From a virus (Duplodnaviria > Caudoviricetes): a stretch of DNA of 64,000 bases. This document shows, piece by piece, positions 63,549 through 64,000 of this stretch; the stretch's first letter is position 1; each line of letters opens with the position of its first letter. Position numbers and translations under genes: made by a program. The notes under the pieces are model-generated. The model saw only the letters and a list, made by a program, of their open reading frames with translations. It ran no database searches and was not told where the DNA came from. The DNA lies in IMG/VR virus record IMGVR_UViG_3300020192_000279, positions 43,016 through 107,015 of that record; one strand, 5' to 3'.

Positions 63549-64000
63549 ATGAATACCATCACGCACACGAACCCGAACGGCAAGACCGTTCAAGTCAACG
63601 TCGGCGAGCACGTGACCATCGGCGAGAACGTTACCATCGGTAAGAACGTGACCATCGGCGAGAACGTGACCATCGGCAATAACGCGAACGTCGGCGAATA
63701 CGTGCTCATCGGCCAGGACGCGACCATCGGCCAGGACGTGACCATCGGCCAGGACGTGACCATCGGCGAGCACGCGATCATCGGCTCGTACTCGAACATC
63801 GGCTCGTACATCGGCGAGCACTCAACCGTCGGCGAGCACGCGAACATCGGTAGGAACGCGACCGTCGGCAAGAACGTGACCATCGGCGAGCACGCGAACA
63901 TCGGCAAATACGTGCTCATCGGCGAGCACGCGACTATCGGCAAGAACGTGACCATCGGCAATAACGCGACCGTCGGCGAGTACGCGAACATCGGCCTAGT
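63549..64000 (+). CDS. Second hexapeptide-repeat beta-helix protein, 3'-partial (not in ORF track)
   Basis: MNTITHTNPNGKTVQVNVG then xxxx[IV]G repeats; runs off the window. Confidence 0.85.
   Translation, partial: MNTITHTNPNGKTVQVNVGEHVTIGENVTIGKNVTIGENVTIGNNANVGEYVLIGQDATIGQDVTIGQDVTIGEHAIIGSYSNIGSYIGEHSTVGEHANIGRNATVGKNVTIGEHANIGKYVLIGEHATIGKNVTIGNNATVGEYANIGL

Noticed and set aside
1-64000. Genome-wide TAG recoding
   Set aside because: Conserved genes are full-length in code 11 and several end in TAG

Overview
This 64 kb window looks like part of a large (jumbo-type) lytic bacteriophage genome read in the standard genetic code. The host may be a planctomycete (weak inference from a QxWYRD-type secreted domain). 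On the + strand, 1-19.5 kb holds a glycosyltransferase/methyltransferase/GDP-fucose (fcl, gmd) cluster interrupted by HNH genes, recombination and nucleotide genes (MazG, NrdJ, ThyX), and putative virion genes. On the - strand, 19.5-59.9 kb holds PhoH, def, map, UDG, a sigma factor, RNA/DNA ligases, a CCA enzyme, NADAR and macro domains, a NARP1-like NAD+ reconstitution pair whose Namat/NAMPT gene is split in two, an array of about 29 tRNA and tRNA-like genes (41.6-50.5 kb) and rIIA/rIIB. The stretch 59.9-61.7 kb is an apparently non-coding island at a strand switch, followed by + strand early genes. The most unusual signals are: (1) promoter-associated small RNAs that end in a 7-bp acceptor stem, discriminator and CCA but lack a normal cloverleaf or anticodon; (2) a strongly over-represented octamer CTTGAAAA/TTTTCAAG that also sits in promoter spacers; (3) Lys and Asn tRNAs with class-II long variable arms, anticodon-collapsed tRNAs and an amber suppressor; (4) the split Namat with charge-complementary tails; (5) leaderless early genes, including two shuffled hexapeptide-repeat paralogs. 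All calls come from motif recognition and manual folding; no searches were run.
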